Notes under the pieces: model-generated
Told to the model about the DNA's origin: nothing
What the model saw: the letters and a program-made list of their open reading frames with translations, nothing else
The model's database searches: none
Position numbers and translations under genes: made by a program
NCBI GenBank assembly: GCA_965203295.1
Contig: CBDBCZ010000019.1
Location: 2,592,001 to 2,656,000, forward strand
Origin: Nitrospirales bacterium
GTDB lineage: Bacteria > Nitrospirota > Nitrospiria > Nitrospirales > UBA8639
DNA length: 64,000 nucleotides
Direction: 5' to 3'
Part shown: positions 62,512-64,000 of the stretch, in pieces
Layout of the letters: each line of letters opens with the position of its first letter
Position numbering within the stretch: the stretch's first letter is position 1

Positions 62512-63622
62512 TCGGACTCCTACACTACTCAGAATCGATCCCTTCGAATGGTCATTTGTCGCAGTCGTCATCGGTATTCTCTCCATTGGAGTGTTATCCA
62601 TCTATAGTGTCACACCAGTGCACGCTCCCACAGGATTACCAATTTTTCTCAAACAGATGATATGGATTGGAGTAGGTGGTGTGGCATTCCTTTTCATGAG
62701 AACCCTTGATTACCACAAATTAGCCAGGGTAGCGTATGTGTTGTATGGAGTATGCCTTCTATTACTCGTGGTGGTCTTGGTGGCGGGTAAAAGTAGCCGA
62801 GGGGCTCAACGGTGGATCCCCTTAGGGCCCCTCGCATTCCAACCTTCAGAGTTTGTGAAGGTGTCTCTTATCCTCATGCTGTCGGTGTACTATACAACGA
62901 AGGCCCGCCATGGATGGTTGCGCCGGGTTATTGTGCCGGGATTTTTGGCTTTGCCAGGGTTTCTTCTTATTCTCAAACAACCAGATCTTGGCAGTAGTCT
63001 GAGTTTTTTGGCAATTTATATTACACTGTTATTGGCTGTTGGCGTGAGATCTAAAGCGTTTGGATTGGTGTTACTGTCTTCGCTGATGATCTTTCCTTTT
63101 GCGTGGGGAGAATTATGGGGATCGCTCCATAATTACCAAAAAGAACGAATCATGAGCTTCGTGGATCCTGCCTATGACCCTGGTGGAAAGGGATACCAGG
63201 GACTTCAATCCCGAATAGCTGTGGGGTCGGGAGAGATCATTGGTAAAGGCCTCTATGGTGGAACCCAAACACAATTTAAATTCTTGCCAGAAAGCCATAC
63301 AGATTTTGTGTTTGCGGTTTTTGCAGAGGAATGGGGGTTCTTAGGATCAGTCATTTTTTTTGCGCTCTTTTTAATCTTGTGTCTTTTGGGATTAGATATT
63401 GCATCCAAAGCCAAGGATATGCTGGGAGCCTTATTGGCCATTGGTGTGGTAGGGATGATCACTTTTAGTTTCGTGGTGAATATTGCCATGACCGTGGGAT
63501 TAGCACCGATTGTCGGAATTCCCCTTCCATTAATGAGTTATGGTGGAAGCGCCACCGTGGTAACCATGGCTGCCTTGGGGTTGTTGATGAGTGTGAGAAG
63601 GCGTCGATTGACACTGATCTGA
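62504..63622 (+). CDS. rodA: Peptidoglycan glycosyltransferase RodA
   Basis: GAQRW, QPSE, QPDLG, PESHTDF, SYGGS. Confidence 0.96.
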   Translation: MVDRTPTLLRIDPFEWSFVAVVIGILSIGVLSIYSVTPVHAPTGLPIFLKQMIWIGVGGVAFLFMRTLDYHKLARVAYVLYGVCLLLLVVVLVAGKSSRGAQRWIPLGPLAFQPSEFVKVSLILMLSVYYTTKARHGWLRRVIVPGFLALPGFLLILKQPDLGSSLSFLAIYITLLLAVGVRSKAFGLVLLSSLMIFPFAWGELWGSLHNYQKERIMSFVDPAYDPGGKGYQGLQSRIAVGSGEIIGKGLYGGTQTQFKFLPESHTDFVFAVFAEEWGFLGSVIFFALFLILCLLGLDIASKAKDMLGALLAIGVVGMITFSFVVNIAMTVGLAPIVGIPLPLMSYGGSATVVTMAALGLLMSVRRRRLTLI

Positions 63623-63729
63623 CCTGTTCCAAAGGTGTTGTCCGTTTAAGAAGCTGACATAGCAAGGGCCGGGAGTACAGCTCGGAGACATTTTTGAGAG
63701 CCTGTTAAGAATTGGGGAAAGGAGACCCC

Positions 63730-64000
63730 ATGGGAGTGGAAATAGCGATAAATGTGACCAGGGAAGAAACGCGAGTTGCTGTTCTTGAAAACAAAGTCGT
63801 CACGGAATTGTATGTCGATCGGGCCAAAAAGAAAGGCTTTGTGGGTGATATCTATAAAGGGAAAGTCGTGAAGATACTACCCGGCATGCAGGCAGCTTTC
63901 GTTGATGTAGGGCTGGAACGTACGGCGTTCATGCATGTGTCTGACTTATGCGGGGATGCGGAATCTGATGACGTCTTTGTCGACGGAGAAGCGGAATCTG
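63730..64000 (+). CDS. rng: Ribonuclease G/E family, 5' part (runs off the window)
   Basis: ETRVA...G.IYKGKV..ILPGMQAAFVDVG.ER.AF.H. Confidence 0.92.
   Translation, partial: MGVEIAINVTREETRVAVLENKVVTELYVDRAKKKGFVGDIYKGKVVKILPGMQAAFVDVGLERTAFMHVSDLCGDAESDDVFVDGEAES

Noticed and set aside
398..63665. Numerous 60-180 aa ORFs overlapping identified genes
   Set aside because: They are antisense or alternate-frame shadows with no recognisable motifs
1..64000. CRISPR array, rRNA, prophage or intact transposase
   Set aside because: No regularly spaced repeats, rRNA-like sequence, phage structural genes or full transposase ORF were seen

Overview
This 64 kb bacterial chromosomal window is mostly housekeeping genes. 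Gene content and protein style suggest Nitrospirota/Nitrospirales, which is an inference. Core genes include anmK, grxD-bolA, an arginine decarboxylase/deoxyhypusine-synthase-like polyamine cluster, degQ, rpiA-glk, aroEK, uvrC, purE, a stand-alone nuoF-like/ferredoxin/PTPS/folE operon, rarA, gltX, queE, pepA, nagZ, tatA, a Kef-type transporter, leuCD and mreBCD-mrdA-rodA-rng. There are three intact tRNAs (Glu-CTC, Ala-GGC, Leu-GAG) and one decayed tRNA-Gln(CTG). A ~4.8 kb accessory stretch between tRNA-Gln and tRNA-Leu holds a broken vapBC pair, pilus-secretin debris, an IS3 remnant, a frameshifted AbiTii gene and a degenerate att-like repeat. The window shows heavy gene decay: about ten disrupted loci plus catalytic-residue substitutions, while essential genes are intact. 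It also carries two copies of a modular, nested MITE-like repeat. The best novelty candidates are a single-chain tandem desulforedoxin-like protein with 3-Cys sites, the orphan NuoF-Fdx-PTPS(II)-FolE operon, a His-less GAF pseudokinase, a TatA with a duplicated amphipathic helix, the nested repeat family and a structured leader upstream of the arginine decarboxylase. No CRISPR array, rRNA or prophage was seen.
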